A stretch of DNA of 64,000 bases from the human T2T-CHM13v2.0 reference genome, Homo sapiens. A program made the position numbers and the translations under genes. Location of the stretch: the NCBI RefSeq assembly GCF_009914755.1, contig NC_060937.1; one strand, written 5' to 3'. This document shows positions 30,971 through 44,662 of this stretch, piece after piece; the first letter of the stretch is position 1, and every line of letters begins with the position of its first letter. The notes beneath the pieces are model-generated. The model saw nothing but the letters and a program-made list of their open reading frames with translations, had not been told where the DNA came from and ran no database searches.

Positions 30971-31241
30971 GGGTCTCACTCTGTTACCCACGTTGCATTG
31001 CAGAGTTGTGATCATGGCTCACAGCAGCCTCGACTTCCTGGGCTCAGGAAATCCTCCCACCTCAGTCTCCTGATTAGCTGGGACTATCAGCGCTCACCAC
31101 CATGCCCTGCTAAATTTTTTGTGTTTCTTATAGAGACGGAGTTTTGTCCTATTGCCCAGGCTGGTCTCGAATTCCTGGGCTCAAGAGATCTTTCGCCCCT
31201 CAAAGTGCTGGGATTATAGGCATGAGCCACCGTGCCCAGCC
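30971..31241 (-). mobile_element. AluJ body (tail is at 24418-24479, on the other side of the provirus)
   Basis: ...ttcaagacagggtc | tcactctgttaccc... joins across the provirus into a continuous antisense Alu with J-type features (cctgggctca, gatcatggctca). Confidence 0.85.
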
Positions 31242-31574
31242 TTAAGCCTCAGTTTCATCATCTGTAAAATGAGAATGAGAGTACACACCTTAACGGTAGT
31301 GCTTTGCAGGTAAAGTACCAACACAGTGCTTAACACAAAATAAGTGGTGATTCAATGTTATTGTGTCAGAGGTGGTAGTTAGCCTCCAAAATCTATTCTT
31401 TCTTTCTTATATAGTACTATTTTAGCCCACTTGATCTGGGCATATGGCTGTATGAAATAAAGACTCTTTTCCCCAGCACCCATGAGTCAGTGTGGTCACC
31501 CTAGTTTTAACCCTTCAGAGAATCAGACTCAACCCCAGAACAGAAAGGGCCTTAAAAATCATTTTGCTCTTTAT

Positions 31575-32078
31575 TATACAGTGTGTGATCTGAGGCCCAA
31601 CAGCACGAACATCACCTGGGAGCTTGTCAGAAATACAGAATCTGAAACTCTACCTAGCCCTACAGAATCAGAATCTGTATTTTAACAAGACTCCAGCTGG
31701 TCACGGTGGCTCATGCCTGTAATTTCAGCACTTTGGGAGGCCGAGCAGGAGGATCACTTGAGGCCAGGAGTTCAAGATCAGCCTGGGCAACATAAAGAGA
31801 TCCCATCTCTCTCTCTGTGTGTGTGTGTATATATATAATGTATACAATTAGCTGGGCCTAGTGTTGCACACCTGTAGGCCTACCTAGTTGGGAGGCTGAG
31901 GCAAGAGGTTCGCTTGAGACCAGCAGTTCAAGCCACAGTGAGTTATGATTGCACCACTGTACTCCAGCCTGGATGACAGTGGGAGATCCTATCTCTAAAA
32001 ATAAATAAATAAAATAAAACAGAAACAAGATCTCCAGGTGGTTTGGGGCACCCTTAAAGCATGAGAATCACTGATCTG
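31575..32078. mobile_element. MER5A-like MITE split by an AluJ (31696-32020, +)
   Basis: catcacctgggagcttgtcagaaat...tttaacaaga; Alu flanked by aacaaga(t)ctcca, with a CT/GT/AT microsatellite in its middle linker. Confidence 0.75.
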
Positions 32079-33549
32079 GCCTGATTCTCTCCTTGTTTCC
32101 TCTCCCAAGTTCAACACCTCTTTCGCCTCTCTCATTGCACTGCTACTTCCTTTGGAGTGCTATCAGCTAGCACTCTTTTTCCTTTTGCTTTCCCTCTGAC
32201 ACCCCCATGGGACAATTTGATGCCACCCTTTTGAAAAGTTGCTCACCCTCCAATCCAGGCTCTTGAGACACTCCTGCCTTGCCTCACATTCTGGATGTCC
32301 CCAGTCCACTGGGCTTGGCTCTGACTTGGATGGGGACAGTGAGAACTTTTGTGGAACTGTATTTGCCAACTGCCACATGAGTAGTGGCCTATTCCTGGTG
32401 AGCCCCAGAGGAAGCTGTTATTGACGTAGGTGATGCGTGATCTGAGGCTAGGCATAGAGAGGAAGCTCGGTGAACCAAACTGCTGGGATAGCTGAGTGAC
32501 AACAGAACGGGGCCTTTGACCAATGTCACATCAGCTAATCCCCAAATCTGCCAACAAGGACCCAGTGGATACTATCAGAAAGGCCAAGAGGTGAATCGTA
32601 TAGAATGATTATTTCAGAGTTTGCAAACTGAAGTTGCTGTTTGCTCTATTTCTCTGTACATAAGTTAAAGTTCAACTTTACTGAAAGTAGTGAATGTTTT
32701 TTGAGCTCCTACTGCATGCTGGGCTGTGTGCAGGGTTGAAGAAGTGATGGTCCCTGCCTTCCTGTTCACAAATGGAGAGGGAGATATTTGCCAATAACTG
32801 AAACTGAAGAGGGCCTGAGCTGGAGCTGTGGAGTAGACGTAGAGATGGTGGGAGTGATGGATCCAGCATGACAGAAGGTGGCAGACACCCCAGCTGTCAA
32901 CCCAAAAGCCATGGGTCTTGCTTCTTTCTCATTAATATCATTCTAATTTTGTCCAGGTATTGGGTTATCATGGGCTTCAAGGGAGTTGGAGCTTATGTAA
33001 TTTTGGCAAACTTAACAGGTCAATGTAGAAAGGGAGGATTTTAACTTTTTTCAAAACACATCACTACTGGAAGTAATTATATTCTTTTGTCATCTCTTTA
33101 TGTCTTTTTAAAATCTGTCTCCTCCCATTGGAACAGAAGACCCTTGACAGCAGGGATTCTGCCTGCTTTGTTCAGGGCTGTTCCCCTAACACTTGGGGAA
33201 CAACGTCTGGCATGTGATCTGACATTCACATGAAATATGCAGACCAGCCCAGTCAGGCAACTCATTTCAATTCAGCAAATAGTTATTGATTTTCTCTTGT
33301 GTGCCAAACCCTGTGTTGGGGCCATGGGGACCTGGTGAACAGATACAGATATGAGAAAACAAACGTAAAACAAGTTACTACAGGAGCCTCATGGTTGGTG
33401 AACACATGGAGGGGCTGGGAGGATGATGTGCCAAGAGAGGGCATGGAAGCTCCAGAAGCTCTGAGCAATGCCGCCTCCATCACCACCTTGCTCTGTGCAT
33501 CTCTATTTTAGCTGTTCCTGAGTTCTGCAGAAGAGAAACCATGCCATGT

Positions 33550-34100
33550 TTATTTACCTACATGGTTATTTGGTTATCTTAATTACACTTAAGTAGTTAT
33601 ATTTTTTCAACCACTGGTTACTTTCTGGAATTTTATATTGTAAATGAAAAGTTTTTAAGATATGTTTAAGATCAAGAATGTTTAAATGATCTTAAAAGTT
33701 GTCAGGGATACCAGTAGCTATATCTACAGAATTTGTATTGTGACCATTGCATTTTTACTAAGAGTAAAAATGATCTTTCAAAACTAACTTGTAAATATAT
33801 TTTATATCATTTTTTTCTAGATCATTTCTCTTTGGATATCAACCAGAGATAATTTAAACTTTATAAATGCAGCCAGAATTCAATGCAACAGCAGGTTATA
33901 TAGCAAAAATGTGAAGGTAAACAGAAAGTAAAATTTCTAGCTTTTCTGCTATAGAGTGAAGAAAAATGACTAAGATCAAGTAAAACCAACCCATATGATT
34001 TGACTGACAATAAAATGTTTACCATCACATGATGCAGCTGTTTTTTTCAGGAACATAATGTCACTCATTCATATAGTAATCATGCTGTGGAAATGTGTTA
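33550..34100 (+). mobile_element. Possible decayed hAT transposase C-terminal fragment
   Basis: AT-rich; sequence near 33770-33800 (atctttcaaaactaacttgtaaat) loosely resembles the hAT dimerisation motif SFSKLKLIK; not in an intact frame. Confidence 0.25.
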
Positions 34101-35140
34101 CCTCTACCTAGTGGATCACAATTGCCTTTAGTCTGTTTGTTTTGTAATAATTGCAGCCAAGTCAATCCCCAATGAAGTTATGGTATGTTCAAACAAACAA
34201 ACAAACAAACAAACAAAAAACCCAAACAAAACACAAGCTTCTATAAATGTGATGAGTGTTACAGGGTGACAGGATTCAGGGAGCTCAAACCAGAAGGATT
34301 TAACCCAGTGCACACTTTAGAGTTTGAGGTGTCAGGAAAGGTCTCCTTGATGCATGAAGGAGGAGTAGAAGTTATCCAGAAAAAGGGAGGTGGGGTTGGT
34401 AGGAGGAATAGCATTGCAAGCAGAGGAGACAACATGAAGACACTGAAGAAAGAGGACACAGAGCAAATTCCAGGGCCTGAGAGTTGGTCAGAGTTGCAGG
34501 AGAACAGAGAGTGAGGGAAGATGGGTGAAATGAGAATGATGTGGAAAGTAGAGTCAAAGTGGGCCACGTGGGTAGAGCTGGCAGAGACAGAAGGGAAAGT
34601 AGGTTGGAGGCATGAACTGGGCAGAGTCCAGACAGAGTCAGATGACTGTGGAGGCCGCAAAGAGGTGAAAGGCAGTGCTGAGTGCTGGGCACTGCAGTCC
34701 CTTGTGCACGACCACTGCCTGCAGGGATGATGGCCCCCATGGGCGTCCTGGCCCCAGGCCCACTGCTGAATGAGTGGTGTGAATCCACTCTTAGCGAAAG
34801 AACATTGGCAGTAGAGTCTCACTGACCCCAGTAGTACCACTGGGAAGAACCTCTGGGGCTGAACTCACGGTGGTGGGCAGAGAAGAGGTACTTTGAAGCA
34901 GAGCTCTAGGAGCTGAGTCAGCATCACTGTGTGGCATTAAAAAATAGTGCTGCACTTATTTCTCATTGTTTTATTGATGTGTGCTCTTAATTTTAATTAA
35001 AATACTAGGAGGGAAATGTCTGAGACCTTTCCTGGGGGAGCCCTGAATTTAGCTCCGTTGATAGGGCTATGGAGACAGCAACTCTGTCTTCCTTTCCTCA
35101 GTCTCACCAGACCCATATTTCTCCAGAAATACTTCGAGCT

Positions 35141-35612
35141 TGTCAACTTAAATAACAAACAGAGAGAGGCTTTCTAAAAGAAAGCCAAAATAAATGATAT
35201 TTATTTTGGAATACAGCATTGCAATGGGAATATGCATGCACAGTAAACTATTTGCATATTCAGGGAGGTAAAAGAAAACAAGGGTTTTTTTAAGGAAAAA
35301 ATAAGGAGGATTCCATAATTGAGTGATAAAGGTGTGAGGTGTTTTGAAATAATTATCCTTGGCTACAAAGATCAAAAACAAGGATGATACCAGCTCAAAG
35401 TTGGACAGGCAGTTGCTGGGCAGTTGTCCTTGCAGAAGTATTTTTTTTGTGTAAGGTTGAGATGGCCTTTGTGCAAGGTTGTGGTTCTTGTAGAGTCTCT
35501 TTTGTCATCAGGCATACAAGCAGGAGAACCTGCTCTTCACGGCCTTCCTGGACTCTATATGTCAAGGTTTTCCTAACGTTGGTGACTCCATTTTGATTCT
35601 GACAACTTTCAC
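35141..35612. mobile_element. Probable ERV1-class solo LTR
   Basis: TGTCAAC start, tttatt polyA signal on minus, ...ccattttgattctgacaactttca end typical of MER4-group LTRs. Confidence 0.55.
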
Positions 35613-35997
35613 CAGCTCTAGCAGGATTTGCTATTTTAACTCAACTTGATAAGCATTTGCTGAGGCCCCACTATGTGAAAGTGCTAGGTACTGAGGGGGT
35701 TACGAAGATGAATGAGACCTTCTTGGCTCAGGAGACTAGCACCTTAGTTAGGGAGAGGTATGGAAACAACAAATCTGGTACTGGAAGGAATAAGTGGACG
35801 CTCTCTCTCATGGAGTTCAAATAAAGTGCCCAGGAGAAACAGGTGAAATGGAAACTGGGGCAGGAAAGGTTTCACTGAGGAGTGACCCTTGTACTGAGTT
35901 TTGCGGGCTCATATTGTCATGATAGGAGGGAAAGAGAGTTCCAGCAAAGGGAACAGTTTACACAAGGGTCTACAGGAGTAAACCCCAGTTACTGAAG

Positions 35998-37303
35998 TGT
36001 AGGGGATGAAAAATAACTTTTTCTTCTGCTCTCTCAAGTTATTAGTTGGAATGGAAACTGTAACAAAAAGATCAGTAAGAGAAAAAAAAACCAAACTTAT
36101 TAACACACATATCTCATATATACTTGGGAGACATCCAGAGATGAACAATTCTCAAAAAGGTGAGAATCCCAGCTTATATAGCATCTTCAACCAAGAAGAG
36201 TACATTTTTAGAGAAGTGACAAAATGAAGGAAAAGGATTTTGAGTCTCTAGGGGCAGTAAATTGCGGGAATGCAAATAAATGTGGGAAAAACTAGTTGGG
36301 AAAGCTTGTGAATATAAATTCCTCTGGTACCATCTCTGGGCTGATAAGGTTCTGTGATACTGTGAAATATATATTTGGTCTTGCCCTGTCATACAACTTC
36401 TAAAACCCTTGGAATCTCCAAAGAGATGTCTTTCTGTATGCTAATGAGCTGACTGTTGGCTGGTCACTGGAAAGACCAAGGGAGGATGAGAGGGTTGGAA
36501 CCTTCAGCCCCACCCTCAACATCTAAGGAGGGAACACGGGCTGAAGGTTAAGTTGACTACCAATGGCCAATATGCAATCAGGCATGCCTACATAATGAAG
36601 CTCCTGTCAAAACCCAAAAAGACTGTGTTCAGTGAACTTCCAGAGATTCCTGAAGGGTGGCATGCCTGGAGCTTCCCCCATACCTCATCTTACATATCCA
36701 TCTCTTCATCTGAGTCTTTTCTCTATGATCAACCAGTAAATGTAACTGTTTCCTTGATTTCTGTGAGCTGCTCTAGCAAATTCATCAAACCCAAGGTGGG
36801 GGTCTTAGGATCCCCAATTTATAGCTGGTTGCTCGGAAGCACAGGCAAAACAACCTGGTGCTTGCAGTCAGCACTGGAAGTGGGCGGATGTCTCGTGGGA
36901 CTGAGTCCTCAACCAGTGTGATGTGATGCTATCTCTACGTAGATAGTGTCAGAGTTGAAGTGAATTAGAGGATACCCAGCTGCAGCCTGCTGCAGAATTG
37001 ATTGTTTACTTGGTGTGTGGGTAGAAATCCCCACTTATCTAGTGTCAGAAGACACTCATCTAGTGAGAATATAGTGGGAGAAACAGAGCTTGTGTTTTCT
37101 ACTCAGGGTCCAAAGTTGTCTTTAATGGTTAATGTTTATTCTCCCTGGTGGGGTTGGGGGGAGTTACCTTTTGTCTTTAGAAATCTATGTCCTGCTTTTA
37201 GGCAAATAGAGGAAGGGCAGAGAGCTTTCCTACATTTTCTTCTTAATTGCCTTCAGCTCAACAATCCTTCATATTTTGGGGTGGCATATTCCAGTCTCCC
37301 ACA
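35998..37303. mobile_element. ERV1-class solo LTR with nested MER21-type LTR (36353-37105), inside an L2
   Basis: Outer TGTAGGGG...CCCACA with perfect 4-bp TSD gaag; inner starts tgtgatactgtgaaatatatatttggtc (MER21) and is flanked by ggttc/gggtc. Confidence 0.8.
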
Positions 37304-38439
37304 GAAGCATAGGATGTGGGGTGGACACCTGGGGGAATGCAGCTTGAGAAGTAGCAGAGGCCCCATGGCAATGGCTTTACATGCCAAGCTCGAGAGTTAA
37401 AATCCCCTCAGGAGGCACTAGGGATCCATGGTGGACTTTGTAGGAGGGGAGGGACATGGTCTGATATGTGCTACATAATGATAATCTTTCTGGCAGTGCA
37501 AAGGGAGAATTGGAGAGGCAAGAATTTGGAAATGTAAGGATTAGGGTGGGGGCTGGCAAATAATAATTTTGGAATCTAGGCAAGACTTTAGAAAGGAGGA
37601 GTGGGTCTGAAAAAGAAAGATTAGCACAAGGTATAAAAGAGAGCAGTATTATCAACCCATTTGAAAAAAATGTACAAATAATATAATGAACCTACTCATA
37701 ATTTCAGAAATTATAATACATTAAGTGTAATATATAGAAGAAGCAGAAAGAAAGCTATTTACAATAACATAGTAGGCATTTCAGTGTGAAGTAGTCATAT
37801 GTTTTCACCCATACTAAAATCATCATGAGGGTGACAACTGCAAGTACAACGTGATATAATGTAGGATATTTTATGGGCATTTCGAATACCTTGAGAGACA
37901 TCACCATGTGTGATGTGGTTTTTCTGAAATGTTGGCACATCTGAAATGTGGAGAAGCAAAGATGGAGAGAAAGAATGAAGGGGACGCCAGGTGCCCTGAA
38001 GGCGAGGTGAGAAAGCAGGAAGGATTTAAGATGCAGAGAGGAAAGTGTGACCTCCCCAGAGGCAGGGAGCTCAAGAGTGGAGGGTTTGGTGGGGAGGCCC
38101 TAATGCCAGTGAGAGCATGCAGGAAAACGTTGGTTCAGGTTATTGTGTTCAAGCTGCCTAGTGGGTCTCTCTGTGTAGCGCTCAGGAACTTCCTGGAAAC
38201 CCATGAGCTCCCACAGCATCAAATGTGGCAGAAAGCTTGAGGAAAACGAAGACTGAGATGAGGCCACTGAAATTTAACAACAAAGAAATATGGTAGCTCA
38301 GGACTTTAAAAAAGCTGAGAAAGTAGAGTCGTGAGGAATGAAGCCAGAACACACAAAAAGAAAACCTTACATTAATAAGTACAAGCAGCAGGTTTTTACA
38401 ACCAGGAGTGTGGTAACAGACTTCCTCCTTGACCTCACC

Positions 38440-39208
38440 TGTGTTAGGCTCTCTAAGGCCTTGTCTCAACAAGGCTTCAACGGCAGGCTTCAGTGATTGT
38501 CCTTGTGGGGCCTGCATCACCCAGTTTTAGCAAGAATCCTCCTAAGTCAGTTTAGGAGGAAGCCTTCACCCTTGATATCTGATCACCCTCAATATCTGGT
38601 CAAATTCCTCATCCCCCAGGGACGCACCTGATCCACTTGGCCTGCCTTGAGCAAGAATCCCGTTAGGTCAGTTTATTTATTTATCTTTTGAGACAAATCT
38701 TGCTCTGTCATCCAGGCTGGAGTACAGTGGTCCAATCACTGCTCACTGTAGCCTCCACCTCCCAGGCTCGAATGATCCTTCCTCTCACATCAGCCTCCCA
38801 AGCAGCTAGGACCACAGGCACACACCACCACAACTAGCTAAGTTTTGAATTTTTGTAGAGATGTGGTTTTGCCATGTTGCCCAGACTAGTCTCAAACTCC
38901 TGGTACCAAATGATCCACCTGCCTCCACCTCCCAAAGTGGTGGGATTACAGGAGTGAGCCACCACGCCTGGCCCCTGTTAGGCCAGTTTAGCAAGAACTC
39001 CCCTACCTTGCTGTCTCCTCTTGGTAATTTTCTATCTACCACTCTCCTCCCCACTCTCCTCCTTGGCTGTAAATTCCCACTTGCCATGGTTGTATTCAGA
39101 ACTGAGACCAGTTCTATACTGAGGTCTTTTTTCTTCTACTGTAATTGTTCTTGAGTAAAATCTATTTTTACCGCTTTAACTACTGTCAGGCTCTGGATTT
39201 CCTTAGCA
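38440..39208. mobile_element. MER31-like LTR split by an AluJ (38672-38973, -)
   Basis: Repeated agcaagaatcc/cagtttag and cccttgatatctgatcaccct motifs; Alu TSD c(c/t)gttagg(t/c)cagttta. Confidence 0.7.
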
Positions 39209-40833
39209 GTTGTAAGGAGTTCCTTAGCAGTTGTGAGGACTGGAGAGTAGAAAATGAGTGTGGGTACTGTGTGTGTGTGGTGGGGGCGGGGGGAGGGAGA
39301 CAAATGGGGATATAGAGTAGGGTAGATGAGGATGAATTACAATTCATTTGACATGAGTTCTAGTTAAAAAATCTGTTGAATTAATAGAAAACCATATCAA
39401 GGTTTTGTTGTTGTTGTTGTTGTTGTGGTTTTCTTAAGAAATATAAAAGGCACCTAGCCCAGTGCTCCTGGATCATATCACAGGCACTTTATCACTTGTC
39501 AGTTGAATCCAAGCATTGGGTTGGCCTTCCAGTAAAACAAGCGGTAACTTACCTAAAGAATGTGTTGGAAATGTAATTATTGTTTTCCAATGACCAGGCC
39601 AAAGGATCACCTGTGGTCACTGGAGTTTTCTGTTGGGCTAAATCTCCTTGAGGTGGTGATGGACAATTTCTCCATTTTGACATGGGAAAAGGACGATGTG
39701 ATTTTTAAAAAAAGATTACTCATTTGGCACCAGGCAGCAATGCATGTAGGTTTTAGTTGTGAAATTAAAATATTTAGAGCCTGATCCCCAGACCTCACTC
39801 AGGCAGCACAGCCCCTCTGCCCCTCTCTCCCAGCCTGCAGCAGAAAAATTCACCTAATTCCATTTTACCTCCCTGACCTGCTGTGCTTATTATGTTACCT
39901 TTCTCCTATTCACCAAATCGTTTGGCACAACTGAATCAGGCTGACATTTTGATAATAAACTCCAGGACTAGTGGAGTTTTCACATTTGGTGTCTCTTTCC
40001 CTAATATGGTTTTCATTGATTCCAGGAGTTGCTGGAGCAGCCGAGGCTTCTTTATAATTCCCAGGCAGAGACTCAGACATTCTTCTGAGTGTGTGTGCAA
40101 AATCACTCTCTCTCTTTGTACAAAGATGGCTTAGATTTATTCACAGCTTCCTCTTCTGCAATAGCTCAGGAAGCATAAATGGGTTGGGGGATGGGGTGTG
40201 TGTTGAATGAAAATGTTTTGTAATTTCAAAGCAACCAAACAAAATAGATCCTTCAGAATGGTTTTATTTTCTGTGGCAACATAGTTGTGGGCACAAAATC
40301 TCTTTCTCTTCCTTAACCCGCATCTGTAGCCTTTTGCACTACCTCGTCACTAGCAGAAAATAGGATTTTTCACCTGCAAATGGTGAAGAAAGAAGAGGCT
40401 AGCCTAAACATTAGGTAGAAATTACTTGTCAAGTTTGATCAATTCACAGAAAATCCAAATCCCCTTTGAAAAGGCACAGTTGATACTCAGAGATTAGCGG
40501 GGATGTCCTCACAGATCCATTGTTTGGCTAAATTGTCTGCATATGCAGCATGTTTGCTAAATGAGTGATACATTTGCATCTAAATGGTCCATAAATAATT
40601 GGATTCTGCTCCAGACAGTGCAATAAACAAGCCCCCTCCTCCTGTTGGGCTTGTGAGATGTGTGAGTGTGGACTCTCTGCTATTGCTTTGACTGTGCTAT
40701 TATTTGACAAGGCACTGGGGAAGGAGTACATGAATCTATTAACAAGAACCAACTTCCATTATGAGCTGAGATTGGAGTGAGCAGGCAGAGAAATCTTTCA
40801 TAATGTGCTGCTTTGGCCTCCAGCTCTCTGGGC

Positions 40834-40858
40834 AAAAAAAAAAAAAAAAAAAAAAAAA
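40834..40858. repeat. Poly(A) tract, about 25 nt (a similar poly(T) lies at 55695-55718)
   Basis: Directly visible. Confidence 0.9.
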
Positions 40859-42034
40859 TTTAAGATAATAAGTAAGAGCAAAAGCTTGGACACGAAGCCC
40901 AACACCCCTCTCTGTGCTGCTGCCACTGTAACAATTCTACTTTGCATGTTGGGGAAGGAAGGTGTGAGGTGTTAATTACCATCTGCCTGCTGCTTTTTAT
41001 AAGTGCATTGATTACCCGTTCCTCCCAACCAGTGGCACCGTCGTGAGTATTTATAGTATACATGTCAATGTGGGGCCCATGATCTACATTTGAGTTGATC
41101 CTTTGAGGGCTTTAGCTACTGTGCAGACACGGCCAGGTATGAGGATCACACAGCTCTCTCCCTCCACGTCCAAACTGTTGAGTTGCAGCTCTTAATTTGG
41201 GAGGCTGGAAATTGAACAATGGCATCGACAGTTGTCAGTTTCCATGTGCAGTTATGTGATGCCTGTTATGTCAAAACTGTGACTTTTTATAGCCTCCTTT
41301 CATGAGATTTGTGATGTTCTGTTCTTTTAAAAGGCTCCAAAGGGACAGTATACCTTGATTTAAGAAAGTTCAATATATTAAATCCAGTTTCACAGGAAAG
41401 AAATATAGAAGAATGGTTATTCACTTTGCAAAAGAATTCACAATGGGATTCTTAAAGTGATAAATATTCTATGTGCCACTTAGCATGTGATTTAGTTCAT
41501 TGTTTCGGGAATGTGTCTATGGGCAAAAGGCTGTCTACTGGAAGAGTTCTGGTGCTTCTTACTTCAGATACTTCAGCCTTTGCTCCCCAGCTTATGCTGG
41601 CATGAGGACCGTCAAGTACTCAGGTGAAAATCCCAGTGGTAGTTGCCTCTACTCCCCAGTTTTATTCCTGAAACTCCAAGTTTCTCATATTTTACTGTGG
41701 CAGATAGCATAAATTGGCTCACTTAACCCAGGTTCCAGTGCCCTTTTAATTTGCCTTCCTGAGCTAGAGTGCCTAAAGGCTAACATCCATATTCCCCAGT
41801 TTCCCTGGCATTTAGGAATCCTCATATGATTTAGAGACTTAATCTTCTGACAGGCATAGCTGGTTCTTCTGGGGCAGCTGGGGTAGAGTTTCTGCCACTA
41901 AAGTTCAGTCCCTCGCATCAAGGTGCCAAGCAGCAGAAAGCAGCAGCAGCGGCATTTCTGCTAGAAGAGGTCTGTGCTGTAGCTCGGTGTTTCCTCTGGC
42001 TGCTTTGCCCCTGGCTGTCACTCTCTAGCCTTCC

Positions 42035-42753
42035 TGTTGTCACAGCAAAGGGAACTTTCTCTCCACCCTCTGAAGGTTGGATAATTGAGTCTGTTGACAT
42101 AAACTGACAATAGGCAGATTAACAGGGGAAAAGGCATACAAATTTGTTAATATGCAAACACACACAAAATATGAAACTCAAAGAAGGGCCAGATTAAAGC
42201 TTACATACCCGCTTCCTAGGGAAGAGGGAAGTGGGGAACATAGGCAATTTTGGAGGAAGAGTAAATAGCCTCCAGGGGATAAGATAGGCCTGAAAAACAA
42301 ATAATAGCCTGGAACAAAGTTCTTCTGGGCTTGCGGGGAGGTGGTGACAAGTTGTGGGAAGGTGAGGGGCAGAACTGCACTGGGAACAAAGGTTGTCTTA
42401 CAATGAAGATAAAGCCTCTCAGGTAATATCCTTCAAAAGAATAGATGAAAAGTCTGTCTGGGTGGGGATGTGGTGATGACCTTTGTTTTCATCTTTGGTG
42501 ATTAATTCTTCCTGGTTAATAAGATTTCAGACAGGGATTAAAGACAATTATATTTCTTTTGGAAAAACTTCCCTCAGTCAAATAAGAAAACTTCACAGAA
42601 AGAGAGAGAGAGAGAGAGACCTTCCCTACCCTTGGGGGAAAAACAAGATAAGAGAGACCTTAATTCTGAAGCAGCTTCTAAGACCTTCCAATTTTCTTTA
42701 ATTCAGAGTGCTTGGCATGCCAAAGGACCATATATTGTTTTCTGAGCCCCAAT
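42035..42753. mobile_element. ERV1-class solo LTR related to 21458-22076
   Basis: Shared ctctgaaggtt...ataaact(g/t)acaataggcaga..aa...aaaaggcata and ttttctgagccc terminus. Confidence 0.7.
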
Positions 42754-43169
42754 GCTATAAATGACCGAATATTTTCTGATTGAACTAGCTAAAGTCGATT
42801 TTGTTGTTTGTAACTAAAAACCTTGACTGATATGCCCTCCCTTTCTTGTGTGTCCTGGGCACTCAAACTGAGGACTACTGTACACAGTTGTGCAGATAGT
42901 GCACTGTACCATCCAGAGGCACCATTCACATAAGCTTACCAACATTGTCTTATGAATTGCTGTCCTCTTGAAAGGCTGTTTTCTTTCTTTAGGTTCTTTT
43001 TTTGCTCCTACTGCCTTAGTTTGGGCCTCTATTTCCACCTGAGTGTGAAGGGAGAGTTTTCTACAAAGATCACAATTCTTTCAGCCCACAAGAACTCCAA
43101 GAGATTAAGCTCTTTTGGGCTATTGCTTCTTTTGTCCGCACTCTTAGAACAAAATTTTTGAGGGGTTGG

Positions 43170-43700
43170 GTATATTAATCATTTATTTTATTTTCCATAT
43201 TTTATGAGGCTTTGACTTCTTAGGGCCTTGCAGACCTAGGGGGCATACTGCCCATCCCAGGGTTAGCTAATTGCTATCGTGAGTGAACAGTTTACCTGAG
43301 AGCATGTATTTAGTACGCAAACCAACCAATCCTGAGTTCGCACCCTCACCATCCTTATTTTATCTGCTCCTACAGTCTGTCCCCCTACCCTAAATTGCCC
43401 CAGGGCCAGGAACCAGAAAAATAGAGCTCACCCCATAGCTTAGAGCCTATTTATTGAAACTATCCAATCCTCAGCCTGCTCGGCTGCTTACTCTGTTTCA
43501 CCCATGCCTTCTGTGAAAACAACAGTAAAGGTTTTGCCCAGGCTTTTTCCTCATTCTGCTGCTTCCTGATTGACCTTGTTCTTCCCTGTGTGGCCCCTCA
43601 TGGTGTGACATGCCCCTTTCTCTTGGAAACTGTAATAAACTTTTCTTTTAAAAGAGGATGTCTCCATGTCTGTCATCTCGCCACATAGTATCATATTCCA
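43170..43700 (+). mobile_element. MER68/MER77-like LTR
   Basis: attaatcat...gctttgacttcttagggccttgcagacc...gttagctaatt...aataaac. Confidence 0.55.
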
Positions 43701-44254
43701 AAGTGTTTATCTCTTATCATGAATTGGATTTCCCGAGACAGAGCCCTGACATTTTAACTGTCTTCTGCCTCAGGAAATTTACTTGCAGGATTCCCCAGCA
43801 ATGCCTTCCTCCTCATTGCTATGATGAAGACTTCATCCAGATGTTAGGGACAGGTCCTGGGCCATCAGACTCAAAGCCACTTTTATCATTTATTTCAGGG
43901 AACCTACATGCTCCATATGAGTAAGATTCTGTAGCCTGCTCTTGTAGAATCTTGGATACAAATACATAGATTAAGTTTCCACAGTATGCTGACTTTATTC
44001 TTATATTTGGGAAAAAGCCCAGAATGCCTTTATCATTTGTAGTTACTCTACCCAATCCTTAAACATTTAGGGAATTTCAGAGTGAAAAAGAACCCCAGGA
44101 ATAACCTCATCAAGGTATTTTCTCTATTACTTTTTTTGTTATTCAGTGCTTTTCCATCCAACCTTCTTCCTCTTGAATAAATTCCTTCTACCATCTCCCA
44201 CAATTGATTATCCTGTTGCATCTCTTTGAACGTTAATTGTTGTATGTTCTAATG

Positions 44255-44476
44255 CAGAGTAGACAAACCATAGCCCATGGGACAAATCCAGATTATGCCA
44301 GTTTTTGTAAATAAAGTTTTATTGGAACACAGCCACATTCATTCATTTACATATTGTCTATGGCTGCTTTCACAGTATAATAGCAGAGTTGAATAGTTGT
44401 GATAGAGGCTATATAGTCTGCAAAACCTAAAATATTTATTATCTGGCCCTTTACAGAAAACAGTTGCTGATCCCTG
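44255..44476. mobile_element. MER58A hAT-Charlie MITE
   Basis: gtaaataaagttttattggaacacagccac...atctggccctttacagaaaa...gatccctg. Confidence 0.85.
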
Positions 44477-44662
44477 TTTTGGTGGATAAAATGGGCTGGT
44501 AATATTGGACATTATTTACAGGGTCTTCAGGGACAACCTCAAGTTCTTCCTTGATAAAGCATTCTTTAACCATAATAACTGCCATCAAGCTCCTTCTCAA
44601 ACCACATCAGTTAAAATCTTAATCATTTAATTAACTCGTCATTATATAAGGCTGTGTATTGC

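Noticed and set aside
34259-34840. 193-aa minus-strand ORF
   Set aside because: No recognisable domain; overlaps decayed L2; low-complexity Ser/Pro composition.
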